DNA from: Synechococcus sp.
GTDB lineage: Bacteria > Cyanobacteriota > Cyanobacteriia > PCC-6307 > Cyanobiaceae
DNA length: 64,000 nucleotides
Reading direction: 5' to 3'
NCBI GenBank assembly: GCA_047285305.1
Contig: JBJBDL010000003.1
Coordinates: forward strand, 1,376,001 to 1,440,000
In this document: piece by piece, positions 10,147-21,012 of the stretch
Numbering within the stretch: the first letter of the stretch is position 1
How the letters are laid out: each line of letters begins with the position of its first letter
Made by a program: the position numbers and the translations under genes
The notes under the pieces: model-generated
Seen by the model: the letters and a program-made list of their open reading frames with translations, nothing else
The model's database searches: none
What the model was told of the DNA's origin: nothing

Positions 10147-13100
10147 ATGGCTTTCGTCCCTCTCCACAACCACAGCGACTACAGCCTTCTGGACGGTGCG
10201 TCGCAGTTGCCAGCCATGGTGGAGCGGGCAAAGCGTCTGGGCATGCCTGCAATCGCCCTGACTGATCACGGCGTGATGTACGGCGCGATTGAGCTGCTGA
10301 AGCTCTGTCAGGGCACAGATCTCAAGCCGATCATCGGTAATGAGATGTATGTGATCAATGGGTCCATTGACGACCCACAACCCAAGAAAGAGAAGAGATA
10401 CCACCTGGTGGTGCTGGCGAAAAACGCCACTGGCTACCGCAATCTGGTGAAGCTCACCAGCATCAGCCACCTGCGGGGGATGCGGGGACGAGGGATCTTC
10501 TCCCGTGCATGCATCGACAAGGAACTGCTGAAGCAACACAGCGAAGGCTTGATCATCGCCACGGCTTGCCTCGGTGGTGAGATCGCCCAGGCGATTCTGC
10601 GTGGGCGCCCCGATGTGGCTCGCAAGGTGGCGGCTTGGTATCAGGAGGTTTTTGGTGACGATTATTACCTCGAGATCCAGGATCATGGATCCCCGGAAGA
10701 TCGGATCGTTAACGTTGAGATCGTCAAAATTGCCAAGGAACTCGGCATCCAGATCGTTGCCACCAACGATGCCCACTACCTGAGCAAGCAGGATGTTGAA
10801 GCCCACGATGCCTTGCTCTGCGTCCTCACCGGCAAGCTGATCACCGATGAGAAGCGACTGCGTTACACCGGCACCGAATACATCAAAACCGAAGAGGAGA
10901 TGGGCCTTCTCTTTAGGGATCACCTCGAGCCTGAGGTGGTACAGGAGGCGATCGCCAACACCGTCAAGGTGGCCGAGAAAGTGGAGCCCTACGACATTCT
11001 CGGGCGCTATCAAATGCCCCGCTTCCCCATTCCCGAGGGCCATACCCCCGTCAGCTATCTGAGGGAGGTGACCGAGCAGGGATTGCGGGATCGGCTCGAG
11101 CTCAGCCCTGAGGCCCCGTTGCCCGATGACTATGCCGAGCGCATGGCCCATGAGCTCAAGATCATGGAGCAGATGGGATTCCCCACCTACTTCCTGGTGG
11201 TCTGGGATTACATCCGTTTTGCCCGGGAACAGAACATTCCCGTCGGTCCGGGTCGTGGCTCCGCCGCAGGGTCGCTTGTCGCATACTGCCTGGGGATCAC
11301 CAACATTGATCCGATCACCAACTGCCTTCTATTCGAGCGCTTCCTCAATCCGGAACGCAAGTCGATGCCTGACATCGACACCGACTTCTGCATCGAGCGT
11401 CGTGGTGAGGTGATCGACTACGTCACCGAACGCTACGGCGAGGACAAGGTGGCGCAGATCATCACCTTCAACCGGATGACCTCCAAGGCGGTTTTGAAGG
11501 ATGTGGCTCGGGTGCTCGACATTCCCTACGGGGATGCCGACCGTCTGGCGAAGCTGATCCCGGTGGTTCGCGGCAAGCCCGCCAAGCTCAAGGCGATGAT
11601 TGGCGAGGAATCACCCAACCCCGAGTTCCGCGAGAAGTACGAGGCCGATCCAACGGTGAAGCGTTGGGTGGACATGGCAATGCGGATTGAAGGCACCAAC
11701 AAAACCTTCGGTGTTCACGCAGCTGGTGTGGTTATCGCTGCTGATCCCCTCGACGAACTGGTGCCGTTGCAGCGCAACAACGATGGTCAGGTGATCACGC
11801 AGTACTTCATGGAAGACGTGGAATCCATGGGTCTGTTGAAGATGGATTTCCTGGGGTTGAAGAACCTCACGATGATCGAAAAGACCCTCGAACTGGTGGA
11901 GGTGAGCAGTGGCATCCGTGTCGACCCCGACAAATTGCCGCCCCAGGATGAAGAGACCTTTGCCCTTCTGGCGAGAGGTGATCTGGAGGGGATCTTCCAG
12001 TTGGAATCCAGCGGAATGCGGCAGATCGTTCGTGATCTCAAGCCGTCATCCCTGGAAGACATCTCCTCGATCCTTGCCCTTTACAGACCGGGGCCTCTCG
12101 ATGCTGGCCTGATTCCCAAATTCATCAACCGCAAGCACGGCCGGGAGACGATCGACTTCGCCCACGCGATTCTTGAGCCGATCCTGTCCGAGACCTACGG
12201 GATCATGGTGTACCAGGAACAGATCATGCGGATCGCGCAGGATTTGGCCGGTTACTCCCTGGGTCAGGCCGATCTGCTCCGGCGGGCGATGGGCAAGAAA
12301 AAAGTGTCCGAGATGCAGAAGCACCGCGGCATCTTCGTTCAGGGTGCTGGAGAGCGCGGCGTTAATGAAAAGGTCGCCGACGAACTGTTCGATCAGATGG
12401 TTCTCTTCGCTGAATACTGCTTCAACAAGAGCCATTCCACGGCCTATGGCGCCGTCACGTATCAGACGGCTTACCTGAAAGCGCACTACCCGGTCGCTTA
12501 CATGGCGGCTCTGCTCACGGTGAACGCCGGAGCGACCGACAAAGTGCAGCGCTACATCTCCAATTGCAATGCGATGGGGATTGAGGTGATGCCCCCGGAT
12601 GTGAATGCCTCGCTCACCGATTTCACCCCCAACGGCGATCGGATCCTGTTCGGCCTCTCCGCCGTTCGCAACCTTGGTGATGGTGCGATCCGTCAATTGA
12701 TCGCTGCCCGCGATAGCGATGGGCCTTTCCGTTCCCTGGCGGACCTCTGTGACCGGATCCCGTCCTCGGTGCTCAATCGCCGTGGTCTGGAGTCGTTGGT
12801 TCACTGCGGTGCCCTGGATGCCATGGATCCGCAGGCCAACCGTGCTCAGTTGATGGCTGATCTTGATCTGCTGCTCGACTGGGCCTCCTCACGGGCCAAA
12901 GATCGAGACAGCGGCCAGGGCAACCTCTTTGATCTGATGGCTCCTGCCGCCGATGGCGATGGGCCGGCGGATCTCAGCCATGCACCCAAGGCGGCGCCGG
13001 TGCCGGACTATCCCCCAACCGAAAAGCTTCGTCTCGAAAAAGATCTGGTGGGCTTTTACCTCTCCGATCACCCGCTCAAACAGCTCACACCTTCGTCGAA

Positions 13101-13665
13101 GTTGCTGGCCCCCATCGGTCTGGGCTCCCTGGAGGAACAGCCCGACAAGGCCAAGGTGAGTGCCATCGCGATGGTGGCTGAAATGCGCCAAGTCACCACC
13201 CGTAAGGGGGATCGCATGGCGATCCTGCAGCTCGAGGATCTCACCGGAAGTTGCGAAGCCGTGGTCTTCCCCAAGAGCTACGCGCGCCTCGCAGATCACC
13301 TGATGGCAGAAGCCCGCCTCTTGGTTTGGGCTGGGGTCGATCGGCGTGACGAGCGGGTGCAGCTGATCATTGATGACTGCCGTGCCGTCGATGAGCTCAA
13401 TCTGCTGCTGGTTCAGCTCCCCTCCGATCAGGCCAGCGACATCGCCATTCAGCACAAGCTGCGGGAATGCCTGAACCAACATCGTCCCGAGCGGGATGAG
13501 CTCGGCGTGAAGGTGCCTGTGGTCGCCGAGGTGTGCCACGGCGACAGCGTTCGCTATGTGCGACTCGGTTCCCAGTTCTGCGTCAAAGACGTTGATGCAG
13601 CGATCGCGTCACTGCGCACTCAATCCTTTGAAGCCCGATGCAGCGAACGTCTGGTGCTCACCTGA
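10147..13665 (+). CDS. dnaE: DNA polymerase III alpha subunit (contiguous, no intein)
   Basis: PHP domain [33 protein letters not shown]-terminal OB fold. Confidence 0.98.
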   Translation: MAFVPLHNHSDYSLLDGASQLPAMVERAKRLGMPAIALTDHGVMYGAIELLKLCQGTDLKPIIGNEMYVINGSIDDPQPKKEKRYHLVVLAKNATGYRNLVKLTSISHLRGMRGRGIFSRACIDKELLKQHSEGLIIATACLGGEIAQAILRGRPDVARKVAAWYQEVFGDDYYLEIQDHGSPEDRIVNVEIVKIAKELGIQIVATNDAHYLSKQDVEAHDALLCVLTGKLITDEKRLRYTGTEYIKTEEEMGLLFRDHLEPEVVQEAIANTVKVAEKVEPYDILGRYQMPRFPIPEGHTPVSYLREVTEQGLRDRLELSPEAPLPDDYAERMAHELKIMEQMGFPTYFLVVWDYIRFAREQNIPVGPGRGSAAGSLVAYCLGITNIDPITNCLLFERFLNPERKSMPDIDTDFCIERRGEVIDYVTERYGEDKVAQIITFNRMTSKAVLKDVARVLDIPYGDADRLAKLIPVVRGKPAKLKAMIGEESPNPEFREKYEADPTVKRWVDMAMRIEGTNKTFGVHAAGVVIAADPLDELVPLQRNNDGQVITQYFMEDVESMGLLKMDFLGLKNLTMIEKTLELVEVSSGIRVDPDKLPPQDEETFALLARGDLEGIFQLESSGMRQIVRDLKPSSLEDISSILALYRPGPLDAGLIPKFINRKHGRETIDFAHAILEPILSETYGIMVYQEQIMRIAQDLAGYSLGQADLLRRAMGKKKVSEMQKHRGIFVQGAGERGVNEKVADELFDQMVLFAEYCFNKSHSTAYGAVTYQTAYLKAHYPVAYMAALLTVNAGATDKVQRYISNCNAMGIEVMPPDVNASLTDFTPNGDRILFGLSAVRNLGDGAIRQLIAARDSDGPFRSLADLCDRIPSSVLNRRGLESLVHCGALDAMDPQANRAQLMADLDLLLDWASSRAKDRDSGQGNLFDLMAPAADGDGPADLSHAPKAAPVPDYPPTEKLRLEKDLVGFYLSDHPLKQLTPSSKLLAPIGLGSLEEQPDKAKVSAIAMVAEMRQVTTRKGDRMAILQLEDLTGSCEAVVFPKSYARLADHLMAEARLLVWAGVDRRDERVQLIIDDCRAVDELNLLLVQLPSDQASDIAIQHKLRECLNQHRPERDELGVKVPVVAEVCHGDSVRYVRLGSQFCVKDVDAAIASLRTQSFEARCSERLVLT

Positions 13666-13701
13666 TCGTCTGATCAGGAGGGACTGATCCACACAACAGG
13701 A

Positions 13702-14115
13702 TCAGGAGTTCGATTGCTTTTGTTGCTGCTTCTGGGCCCGGATCGACTCCTTCATCCGCTGAATGTTCGGCTTGAAGTTCTCGAAGCCGAGCAGAGAACC
13801 CGGTTCGGGATCCCAGCTGGCGGTCAACACGCCAACGCTGAGGCCCACCAGACCCAGGAGGAAAAACAGGCCGGAACCCGTCAGCGTGAGCCCTGGAGCG
13901 ATATCGGCGATGCCACGGGTGACAACGAAATAACTGCCAACAAAAACTCCCATCCCAGCGAGGGACGGGAGTCCTGTGAAAACAGCAACCCGGCGAGCCA
14001 TCCGATCGGCCACGTAGCGAGGAATGGCTTCCTGCCGAGGCATCCCTGAAGCAGGCTTGTTTCCCTTCCCAGACCCTTTCGGCTCAAAGGGGAGGGCATT
14101 GCGTTGCTCAGGCAT
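13702..14115 (-). CDS. PAM68 (DUF3464) PSII assembly factor
   Basis: IPRYVADRMARRV, two TM helices, ASWDPEPGSLLG; directly downstream of rpsO. Confidence 0.88.
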   Translation of the reverse strand: MPEQRNALPFEPKGSGKGNKPASGMPRQEAIPRYVADRMARRVAVFTGLPSLAGMGVFVGSYFVVTRGIADIAPGLTLTGSGLFFLLGLVGLSVGVLTASWDPEPGSLLGFENFKPNIQRMKESIRAQKQQQKQSNS

Positions 14116-14127
14116 GGGTGACGTCGA

Positions 14128-14397
14128 TCAGCCGCGGATGCCCAGTTTGGCGATCGTGTCGGCGTAGCGTTGCTCGCTCTTGCTGCGCATATAGCTCAGC
14201 AGGCGCTTGCGGCGGCCAATCATCTTGAGCAGCCCCTGCCGTGAGGAGAAGTCATGGATGTTGTTCTGCAGGTGGCTGCTGAGACGGTTGATGCGCTCAC
14301 TCAGCATGGCCACCTGGACCTCTGCAGAACCGGTATCGGTGCCGTGGGTCTGGTGGGTGTTGATCAGCTGCTGCTTCTCGGTGGTATCAAGCGACAT
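14128..14397 (-). CDS. rpsO: 30S ribosomal protein S15
   Basis: [32 protein letters not shown]. Confidence 0.98.
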   Translation of the reverse strand: MSLDTTEKQQLINTHQTHGTDTGSAEVQVAMLSERINRLSSHLQNNIHDFSSRQGLLKMIGRRKRLLSYMRSKSEQRYADTIAKLGIRG

Positions 14398-14453
14398 GCG
14401 CGGGGGGCGGCCCTGTCAGTGCAAACGACTAGCTTACCTTCGCGTGGGGCGGC

Positions 14454-15098
14454 TCAGGCTGATTCGCGGCTCAGCCATTGCAGGCAGCCCCGCAGCCAGG
14501 CGTCCTGGTCGTCTCCAGCAGGCGGTTGGCTATCGGCGCCCTCAGCGATCGCACGGATGGCTCGACGGATTTCCAGATCGTCGTAACCCAGCATCGAGAG
14601 GGTCGCTTCCACGTCGGCAACGCTTGCCGGCATCTGCTCCGAGCTGACGCCTTCCGCCAGCGATGGGGCGGGATCCACGCCCGCGAAGGCCGCAATCGAG
14701 GCTCTGAGTTCCACCGCCAGACGCTCAGCGGTGCGTTTGCCGATGCCCTGCGCCTTGCAGAGGCGACGCAGATCACCGCTGCTGATCGCTTCCACCAGCT
14801 CCTGGGGTTTGCATTCCTGCATCAGCGCCAGACCGGCCTGGGGGCCAACACCGCTGACGCTGATCAGCAGCCGGAACAGATCCCGCTCCTGGCGCAGGGG
14901 AAAGCCGTAGAGGCTGCTGCCGTCCTCCCGCTGCACCTGATGAATCCACAGGTTCAGGTCGCCATCCGCCGGAAGGTTCTGCTGATGCCGCTCGGTCAGG
15001 TGCACCTCATATCCGACCCCACCGCAGAGCAGCAGAACGCCGCTACGGTTGCCTTGAGTCCAGCACTCCATCGGTCGTCCCTGCAGCCAGCCGATCAT
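14454..15098 (-). CDS. ruvA: Holliday junction branch migration protein RuvA
   Basis: MIGWLQG, GVGYEV, LYGF, HhH motifs VSGVGP and [10 protein letters not shown]. Confidence 0.95.
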   Translation of the reverse strand: MIGWLQGRPMECWTQGNRSGVLLLCGGVGYEVHLTERHQQNLPADGDLNLWIHQVQREDGSSLYGFPLRQERDLFRLLISVSGVGPQAGLALMQECKPQELVEAISSGDLRRLCKAQGIGKRTAERLAVELRASIAAFAGVDPAPSLAEGVSSEQMPASVADVEATLSMLGYDDLEIRRAIRAIAEGADSQPPAGDDQDAWLRGCLQWLSRESA

Positions 15099-15120
15099 GG
15101 GGAGAGGTTTCAACCGCGTC

Positions 15121-15582
15121 ATGTTGCCGCAGCTGTCATTGCCTGTCTCTGCTTTCAAGCGCGTTGTGCGTCGTTTGCTTCAGGTGCTGTGCGTTCTATC
15201 GATCGTGGTTTCACTGACGGCATGCAATGGATCTCAGCCGCCACGGGCTCTACTGAATGAGGCGCTGGCCTTGCAGATTCAGCTCACCCAGTCGGCCATT
15301 GCCAGCTCCCTCGATCTCACCCCGATGCCCATCGCCCCAAGCGTGAGTCGGGTGCGGGTGGAGGACCAGGAAAGTTTTGCCCTGGGTGACGAGCAGGGCC
15401 TCAGGATTTCAGGCCGCTTCGACTGGCAGCTGCCCGGCGACCGTGTGCAGGTGGATAGCCCGTTTGAACTGTTTCTGCAGCGGGGCTCCCGTGGTCAGAG
15501 CTGGCGCCTGGCCAGACCCAAGGGTGGATCCGACGACCGCCAGGCCTGGCTGACGTACCCCCTGGGTTTGGAAAAAGCCTGA
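15121..15582 (+). CDS. Hypothetical lipoprotein
   Basis: Basic then hydrophobic N-terminus with lipobox-like LTAC. Confidence 0.75.
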   Translation: MLPQLSLPVSAFKRVVRRLLQVLCVLSIVVSLTACNGSQPPRALLNEALALQIQLTQSAIASSLDLTPMPIAPSVSRVRVEDQESFALGDEQGLRISGRFDWQLPGDRVQVDSPFELFLQRGSRGQSWRLARPKGGSDDRQAWLTYPLGLEKA

Positions 15583-15585
15583 GCT

Positions 15586-16476
15586 CTAACGTCGCGCCGA
15601 CAGGCTGATTAGGGTGGCGGCCAGCACCAGCATCCCGCCGCACACCTGCCAGGCATTGATCGTTTCTGCGAACCACAGCCAGCCCCAGCCTGCGGCAAAG
15701 ACCACCTGCACGTAGTTGATCGATGTGGCTCGGGCGGCGGGCAGGCAGCGGAGGCCCTCGGTCACCCAAATCTGGCCCAGCTGGGTCATCACCCCGACCC
15801 CCAGGAGCCAGAACCATTCGATGCCTTGGGGCCTGACCCCTTGCTGCAGCACCCAGGGCAGAGTCAGTGGAACCGAGATCATCGGGAAATAGAGGATGAT
15901 CACCAAGGGGTGCTCGGTTTGCGACAGCCGCCGCACACTCACGTAGGCCAGGGCGGTCATCAGAGCGCCACCAATGCCGATCAGGGCAGGGATCAGTTGC
16001 GCAGGTTGGGCTGTTCCCGTGAGCCACTGCGGTTGCACCACCAGGGTGACGCCGATCCAGCCCAGCAGAACCGCTGCACTGATGCGTCGGCGCAGGGGCT
16101 CGCCCAGCAGCAACAGCGCTGCCACGGCGGTGAAGGTGGGGTAGGTGTACTGGAGCACCGTCGCTGAAGCGAGCGGCAGCTGGTCAATCGCTTCGAAGAA
16201 GCAGAGCAGGGCCAAGCTGCCCAGCACCCCCCGCGCCGCCAGCAGCCCCCGTCGCTGGCCCCACGGGGAGACCCCGGCCAGGCGCAGGCCCACAGCGGTC
16301 AGAACGATGCTGATTAGGGCCCGGCACAGCACGATTTCCGCCACCGGAAGCCGACTGTTCAGTTGCTTGACGCAGACCGTCATCAGGCTGAAGGCCAGGG
16401 AGCTCAGGATCAGGGCTCGGCTGCCCCGTACCGATTCCCGGTTCCACCAGGGCTGTGGGGTCTGCGGTTCGGCCAT
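15586..16476 (-). CDS. DMT/EamA family transporter
   Basis: About 10 hydrophobic segments in two EamA-like repeats. Confidence 0.88.
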   Translation of the reverse strand: MAEPQTPQPWWNRESVRGSRALILSSLAFSLMTVCVKQLNSRLPVAEIVLCRALISIVLTAVGLRLAGVSPWGQRRGLLAARGVLGSLALLCFFEAIDQLPLASATVLQYTYPTFTAVAALLLLGEPLRRRISAAVLLGWIGVTLVVQPQWLTGTAQPAQLIPALIGIGGALMTALAYVSVRRLSQTEHPLVIILYFPMISVPLTLPWVLQQGVRPQGIEWFWLLGVGVMTQLGQIWVTEGLRCLPAARATSINYVQVVFAAGWGWLWFAETINAWQVCGGMLVLAATLISLSARR

Positions 16477-16529
16477 GTCTGTTCTGATGACGGGGTGCAC
16501 GGAACCCTGCGACTTCGCAGAATGGACCG

Positions 16530-18578
16530 ATGGTGAACGCCCGCCTGCACCCAAGAACGATCGAGGCCGTCAAGGAACGGGCCGACATCGTTGATGTGGT
16601 GGGCGAGCACGTGGTGCTCAAGAAGAAGGGACGGGAATTCGTCGGGATCTGTCCGTTCCATGACGACAGCAAACCGTCGATGACGGTGTCGCCCGCCAAG
16701 CAGTTCTACTACTGCTTCTCCTGTGGTGCTGGCGGCAACTCCATCAAGTTCCTGATGGAGTTCCAGCGCCAGAGTTTCAGCGATGTGGTGCTGGATCTGG
16801 CGCGGCGTTATCAGCTGCCGATCGAGACGGTGGATGGTCCGCAGCAGGAACGGCTGCGGCAACAATTGTCCCGCAGGGACAAGCTGCAGCGCGCCCTGGC
16901 CCTGGCTGCCGGTTGGTTTCGCAGCCAGTTGATGGCGCCTGCTGGCGCAGAGGCCCTCATGTACCTCAGTGAGGCCAGAGGGTTGAGTCCCGCCACCCAG
17001 GAGACCTTCCAACTCGGTTATGCGCCGGATCAGTGGGATGGTCTGCTGAAGCATCTTCAACAGGTTGAGGGGCTGGCACCTGAGCTTCTGGAGGCTGCTG
17101 GGCTGGTGGTTCCTCGCAAGGGCGGCAACGGGTTCTATGACCGCTTCCGCCATCGGGTCATGGTGCCGATCCATGACCGTCAGGGCCGGGTGATCGGTTT
17201 CGGGGGACGCAGCCTTGATGGCAGCGAACCCAAATACCTCAACTCCCCCGAGACCGAAGTGTTCGAGAAGGGGAAGCATCTGTTCGGTCTCGACAAGGCC
17301 TCTAATGCCATCCGCAAGGACGACAGGGCGGTGGTGGTGGAGGGCTATTTCGATGTGATTGCCCTGCATGCCGCCGGCATCACCAACGCTGTGGCCTCCC
17401 TCGGCACGGCTCTGAGCAGTCAGCAGATCACCCAGTTGTGCCGCGTCAGCGACAGCAAGCGGATCGTTCTGAATTTCGACGCCGACGGCGCCGGTGTCCG
17501 TGCAGCCAATCGGGCCATCGGCGAGGTGGAGCAGCTGGCGATGCAGGGCCAGCTGGAGCTGCGGGTTCTGCACCTTCCTTCAGGCAAGGACCCCGATGAG
17601 TTCCTCAAACAGAACGGGGCCGGCGATTACCGCGCTCTGCTCGATCAGGCCCCCCTCTGGCTGGATTGGCAGATCGAGCAGGTGCTGGAGGAGCGTGATC
17701 TCAGCCGGGCCGACCAGTTCCAACAGGCGGTCACGGCCCTGGTGGGGCTGCTGGGCAAACTGCCCCAGTCCGCCGTGCGCACCCACTACCTCCAACGGGT
17801 GGCAGAGCGCCTCAGTGGTGGCCAGGGACGCCTGGCGCTTCAGCTCGAGGACGACCTGCGGCAGCAGGTGAAAGGCCAGCGTTGGCATGGGCGCTCCAGC
17901 CGTCACGAGCAGCCCGGTGAATCCGGACAGCGGGAGCGCTGTGAGGCCGATCTGCTGCGGCTGTATCTGCACTGCCCCCGGCATCGGGCCACGATTCGCC
18001 AGGAACTGCGCAAACGCGAACTAGAGGATTTCGCCATTCCCCATCACCGCCATCTCTGGGCGGCCATTACGGATCTCGAGGAGACCAACCTGGGTGAGGG
18101 GCGCATGGAGTCGATCAGTCGTTGCGACGACGACGGCGAGGGTCTGGATCTCATCGATCTGCCCCGCTTGCTCACCGATCAGCTTCTGCTGGAGAGCAGT
18201 GCGCTGGTGTCTCGCCTGACGCCCCTTTTGGAGCCAGGTGAATTGCAGCGTGTTGCCCTGGCGGAGCCCCTGGAGCAGCTGCGGGGCATTGCTGCCCTGC
18301 TGGAGCGTCAGAAAAGCTTGAAGCGCTGCCGGCACCTATTGGAGGCCTGGGGCGGCCAGCGTCTGCAAACCCTGGAATCCTGCATCGCTGTTCTGATTGA
18401 TCAGGAGGCTTCGTCAGATCAGGCCTCCGTGGACATGGAGGTGCGGATTCAGGCCCTCTTCGATGACCTCAACCGTGATGCGCTGCGCTACCAGGCGTTG
18501 TATTACACCGAGCGAAAACACATCGGCCATCTGGATCAGCAACGTTGCGCCAGTTACACCGTTCCCCCGGCCGCCTGA
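16530..18578 (+). CDS. dnaG: DNA primase
   Basis: CHC2 zinc finger CPFH...CFSC, KYLNSPET, TOPRIM EGYFD and FDADGAG, KDPDE. Confidence 0.97.
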   Translation: MVNARLHPRTIEAVKERADIVDVVGEHVVLKKKGREFVGICPFHDDSKPSMTVSPAKQFYYCFSCGAGGNSIKFLMEFQRQSFSDVVLDLARRYQLPIETVDGPQQERLRQQLSRRDKLQRALALAAGWFRSQLMAPAGAEALMYLSEARGLSPATQETFQLGYAPDQWDGLLKHLQQVEGLAPELLEAAGLVVPRKGGNGFYDRFRHRVMVPIHDRQGRVIGFGGRSLDGSEPKYLNSPETEVFEKGKHLFGLDKASNAIRKDDRAVVVEGYFDVIALHAAGITNAVASLGTALSSQQITQLCRVSDSKRIVLNFDADGAGVRAANRAIGEVEQLAMQGQLELRVLHLPSGKDPDEFLKQNGAGDYRALLDQAPLWLDWQIEQVLEERDLSRADQFQQAVTALVGLLGKLPQSAVRTHYLQRVAERLSGGQGRLALQLEDDLRQQVKGQRWHGRSSRHEQPGESGQRERCEADLLRLYLHCPRHRATIRQELRKRELEDFAIPHHRHLWAAITDLEETNLGEGRMESISRCDDDGEGLDLIDLPRLLTDQLLLESSALVSRLTPLLEPGELQRVALAEPLEQLRGIAALLERQKSLKRCRHLLEAWGGQRLQTLESCIAVLIDQEASSDQASVDMEVRIQALFDDLNRDALRYQALYYTERKHIGHLDQQRCASYTVPPAA

Positions 18579-18633
18579 GCCATGGGCCGGTGGTCTGGGC
18601 AAACTGCATCAGGATCTGTTCCTCGAGTTGAAG

Positions 18634-18891
18634 ATGTCTGAATTCTTCGAAGCGATCTGGCACGGTGAGGGCGTCGGCGACGGCGGTGATCTGGAGGAAG
18701 CGCTGCAGGCCTACGTCGCGGTGAAGCCGGAGGAGGGGGATTGGGTTGAGGCTTGCGCCGCCGAGGGGGCCGACCCTGTGATCGAGCGCTTCGCCTCGTT
18801 TGACGCCTACCTCGACAATGCTGATCCGCTTGAGCGCATTGCCGTCACCCCGCAGATGATCAGCGAAGCCCTTGCGTTGTTGCCGTCCTGA
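18634..18891 (+). CDS. Small acidic hypothetical protein (85 aa)
   Basis: ATG 18634; 19 Asp/Glu vs 3 Lys/Arg; TGATG overlap with the next gene. Confidence 0.75.
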   Translation: MSEFFEAIWHGEGVGDGGDLEEALQAYVAVKPEEGDWVEACAAEGADPVIERFASFDAYLDNADPLERIAVTPQMISEALALLPS

Positions 18892-19187
18892 TGACTGATT
18901 TGCAGCTGGATTTCGCCGCGCTCGATCCGGTCAACCACCTCTGGCCGGCCTTCGTGGAGCGTCTGGGTTCCGAGAAGGCTCAGCGGGCTGTTCGTCAGGC
19001 GCTGGATCTGCAGGGCATGCGAGGGCATCAGGGCACCCTGCCGGTGCTTTTCACTGAAACCGGAGGACTGGCGTTGGCCAGCACCGATCTGGTGCGGGAG
19101 CAGACGGGTCTCAACGCCCACGGCGAGCGGATGGTCTTGTTGCTCAGTACCCGTGAGCAGGTCATCCAGTTGCTGCAGGAGGTTTGA
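18891..19187 (+). CDS. Hypothetical protein (98 aa)
   Basis: Translationally coupled to the upstream ORF; fills the gap to the umuC stop. Confidence 0.78.
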   Translation: MTDLQLDFAALDPVNHLWPAFVERLGSEKAQRAVRQALDLQGMRGHQGTLPVLFTETGGLALASTDLVREQTGLNAHGERMVLLLSTREQVIQLLQEV

Positions 19188-19208
19188 GGCCTGGCCCAAC
19201 GCTGTGGG

Positions 19209-20483
19209 TCAGGCCTTCACCACCGGTAGATCCTGCAGACGGGTGGTGGCGGCGCGGCTGAGTTGCTCACGCCGCATCAACCAACTGGGCTGCAGTCCGC
19301 AACCGGCCCATTGCAGGGTTCCACGCCCGTAACGCCGATTGATCCGGTCGATGGTCTGCATCAGGCACTCCCGTTTCTGCTGCTGCTCCTCACTCATCGG
19401 CACCATCAGATGGGTCTGCAGGATGTCGTGGCTCTGCAGGTGCTGCATCAGCACGCCGGCCTTGGCCAATGGACGGTGGGGGCGAAAGATCCGTGCCACC
19501 AAGGGGCGTGCCGCCTCCAGCAGCACGGCTGTGTCATTGCTCGGTAGGTCCAGCTGCGTGCTGGCGGCTTGGCTGTAAAACCCAGGAGCGAACGGGCTGG
19601 TGCGCGTGTAGACGGTGAGCGCTGCCGCCCGTTGCCGTTGTTTGCGCAATTTCTCGGCGGCGCGCACCACATAGGTGGCGATGGCCTGGTGCAGCTCCTC
19701 CTGGCTGGTGATGGGTCGACTGAAACTGCGGCTCACGCAGGTTTCTTGCTTCGGTGCTGGTGCCAGCTCCAGCGGCAGGCAGGCATGGCCTCGCAGCTCC
19801 CGTTGCAGTCGCAGACCCACCACGCCGCATTTGGCGCGCAGTTCACCGCTTGGCATGTCCCGGAGGTGTCGTGCGTTGCTGACGCCCCGCAGGCGACACC
19901 AATGGGCCAGTTGTCGACCGATTCCCCAGACATCCTCGATCGCAATGGTTTCCAGCCAGCGATCGGGGTTGTCGCACTGGCCCAGGTCGAACATCCCGCC
20001 ATGGTCTGGGGTCTGTTTGGCCAGGCGATTGGCCAGCTTGGCCTGGGCCTTGCTGGCTCCTAGGCCGATGGCGATCGGTAGGCCGAGGTTCTGCCGTGCC
20101 CGTGCCCGCAGCTGGCGGGCCCAGCCCTGCAGGTCGCCATCGCGGGGACGACGAATTCTCCCGAAGGCCTCGTCAATCGAATACACCTCCAGCTCTTCAC
20201 AGTGGGCCTCAAGCAGGCTCATCATGCGCTGGCTCATGTCGGCATAGAGGGCGTAGTTCGAACTGCGCACCACCACGTTGTGCCGTTCAAGCTCCCGGCG
20301 CGCCTTGAAGTACGGCGTCCCCATGCGGATGCCGAGGGCACGGGCTTCGGCACTGCGCGCAACGATGCAGCCGTCGTTGTTGGACAGCACCACCACGGGG
20401 TGACCGATCAGAGCCGGATCCAGGCTCTGTTCGCAGGAGGCATAGAAGTTGTTTCCATCGATCAGGGCCGTGGCCTGAGGCAT
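19209..20483 (-). CDS. umuC: Y-family DNA polymerase V subunit UmuC
   Basis: LIDGNNFYASCE, VLSNNDGC, SSNYALY, YSIDEAF, SRSFS. Confidence 0.96.
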   Translation of the reverse strand: MPQATALIDGNNFYASCEQSLDPALIGHPVVVLSNNDGCIVARSAEARALGIRMGTPYFKARRELERHNVVVRSSNYALYADMSQRMMSLLEAHCEELEVYSIDEAFGRIRRPRDGDLQGWARQLRARARQNLGLPIAIGLGASKAQAKLANRLAKQTPDHGGMFDLGQCDNPDRWLETIAIEDVWGIGRQLAHWCRLRGVSNARHLRDMPSGELRAKCGVVGLRLQRELRGHACLPLELAPAPKQETCVSRSFSRPITSQEELHQAIATYVVRAAEKLRKQRQRAAALTVYTRTSPFAPGFYSQAASTQLDLPSNDTAVLLEAARPLVARIFRPHRPLAKAGVLMQHLQSHDILQTHLMVPMSEEQQQKRECLMQTIDRINRRYGRGTLQWAGCGLQPSWLMRREQLSRAATTRLQDLPVVKA

Positions 20484-20495
20484 GGCGATGTCGCT

Positions 20496-20927
20496 TCAGA
20501 GCGGATGGATCACGTGGATGGCGACGCCCCAGATCTGCACTTCGCCGCAGCGGTGAAGCTCCAGTGGCGGATAGTCCGGATGGGCGGCTTCCAGGCGCAA
20601 CCGGCCGCGATGACGCATCAGGCGTTTGAGGGTGAAGGCACCGTCGAGCACAGCCACAACCACCTGGCCCGGGCGCGGGTCGAGGCTGCGATCAACCACC
20701 AGAAGATCGCCGTCGTGGATGCCGGCGTCGGTCATCGATTCGCCGCTCACATGCAGGAAAAAGGTGCTGGTGGGATGCCGGATCAGCTGTTCATTGAGGT
20801 CGATCCCCACGTCGACGTAGTCATCGGCGGGGGACGGGAAGCCAGCGGCGACCCGTTCCCCGGCCAGGGGCAGCGTGAGCCGACTGCGCTTGGGCTGCAG
20901 GGGAAGCGGTCTGTGTTGGAGCTCCAC
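20496..20927 (-). CDS. umuD: SOS mutagenesis protein UmuD (S24 peptidase)
   Basis: AAGFPSPA autocleavage site, Ser in SGESM, Lys in FTLKRL; upstream of umuC. Confidence 0.95.
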   Translation of the reverse strand: MELQHRPLPLQPKRSRLTLPLAGERVAAGFPSPADDYVDVGIDLNEQLIRHPTSTFFLHVSGESMTDAGIHDGDLLVVDRSLDPRPGQVVVAVLDGAFTLKRLMRHRGRLRLEAAHPDYPPLELHRCGEVQIWGVAIHVIHPL

Positions 20928-20949
20928 GGCAGCAGCGACAACTGGCTAA

Positions 20950-20966
20950 ATAGTACGTATGTACTG
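20950..20966 (-). promoter_or_regulatory. Cyanobacterial LexA (SOS) box overlapping a putative -10 element
   Basis: Palindrome AGTAC-GTAT-GTACT at 20952-20965, about 25 nt upstream of the umuD start; minus-strand TACTAT at 20955-20950. Confidence 0.85.
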
Positions 20967-21012
20967 TTCGCTATGGGGGGGATCCGGTGAGGATGGTGGC
21001 CTTCGACATCTG

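Noticed and set aside
8551..11151. Long minus-strand ORFs (488 aa and 367 aa) opposite gatA and dnaE; likewise 16410-17573, 23960-25015, 25887-27011 and 52956-53921
   Set aside because: Antisense shadows of well-identified genes, expected from GC-rich codon bias; no recognisable motifs
19209..20927. umuDC as cargo of a mobile element (rumAB/mucAB-like)
   Set aside because: Composition matches the flanks and there are no integrase, att repeats or conjugation genes nearby
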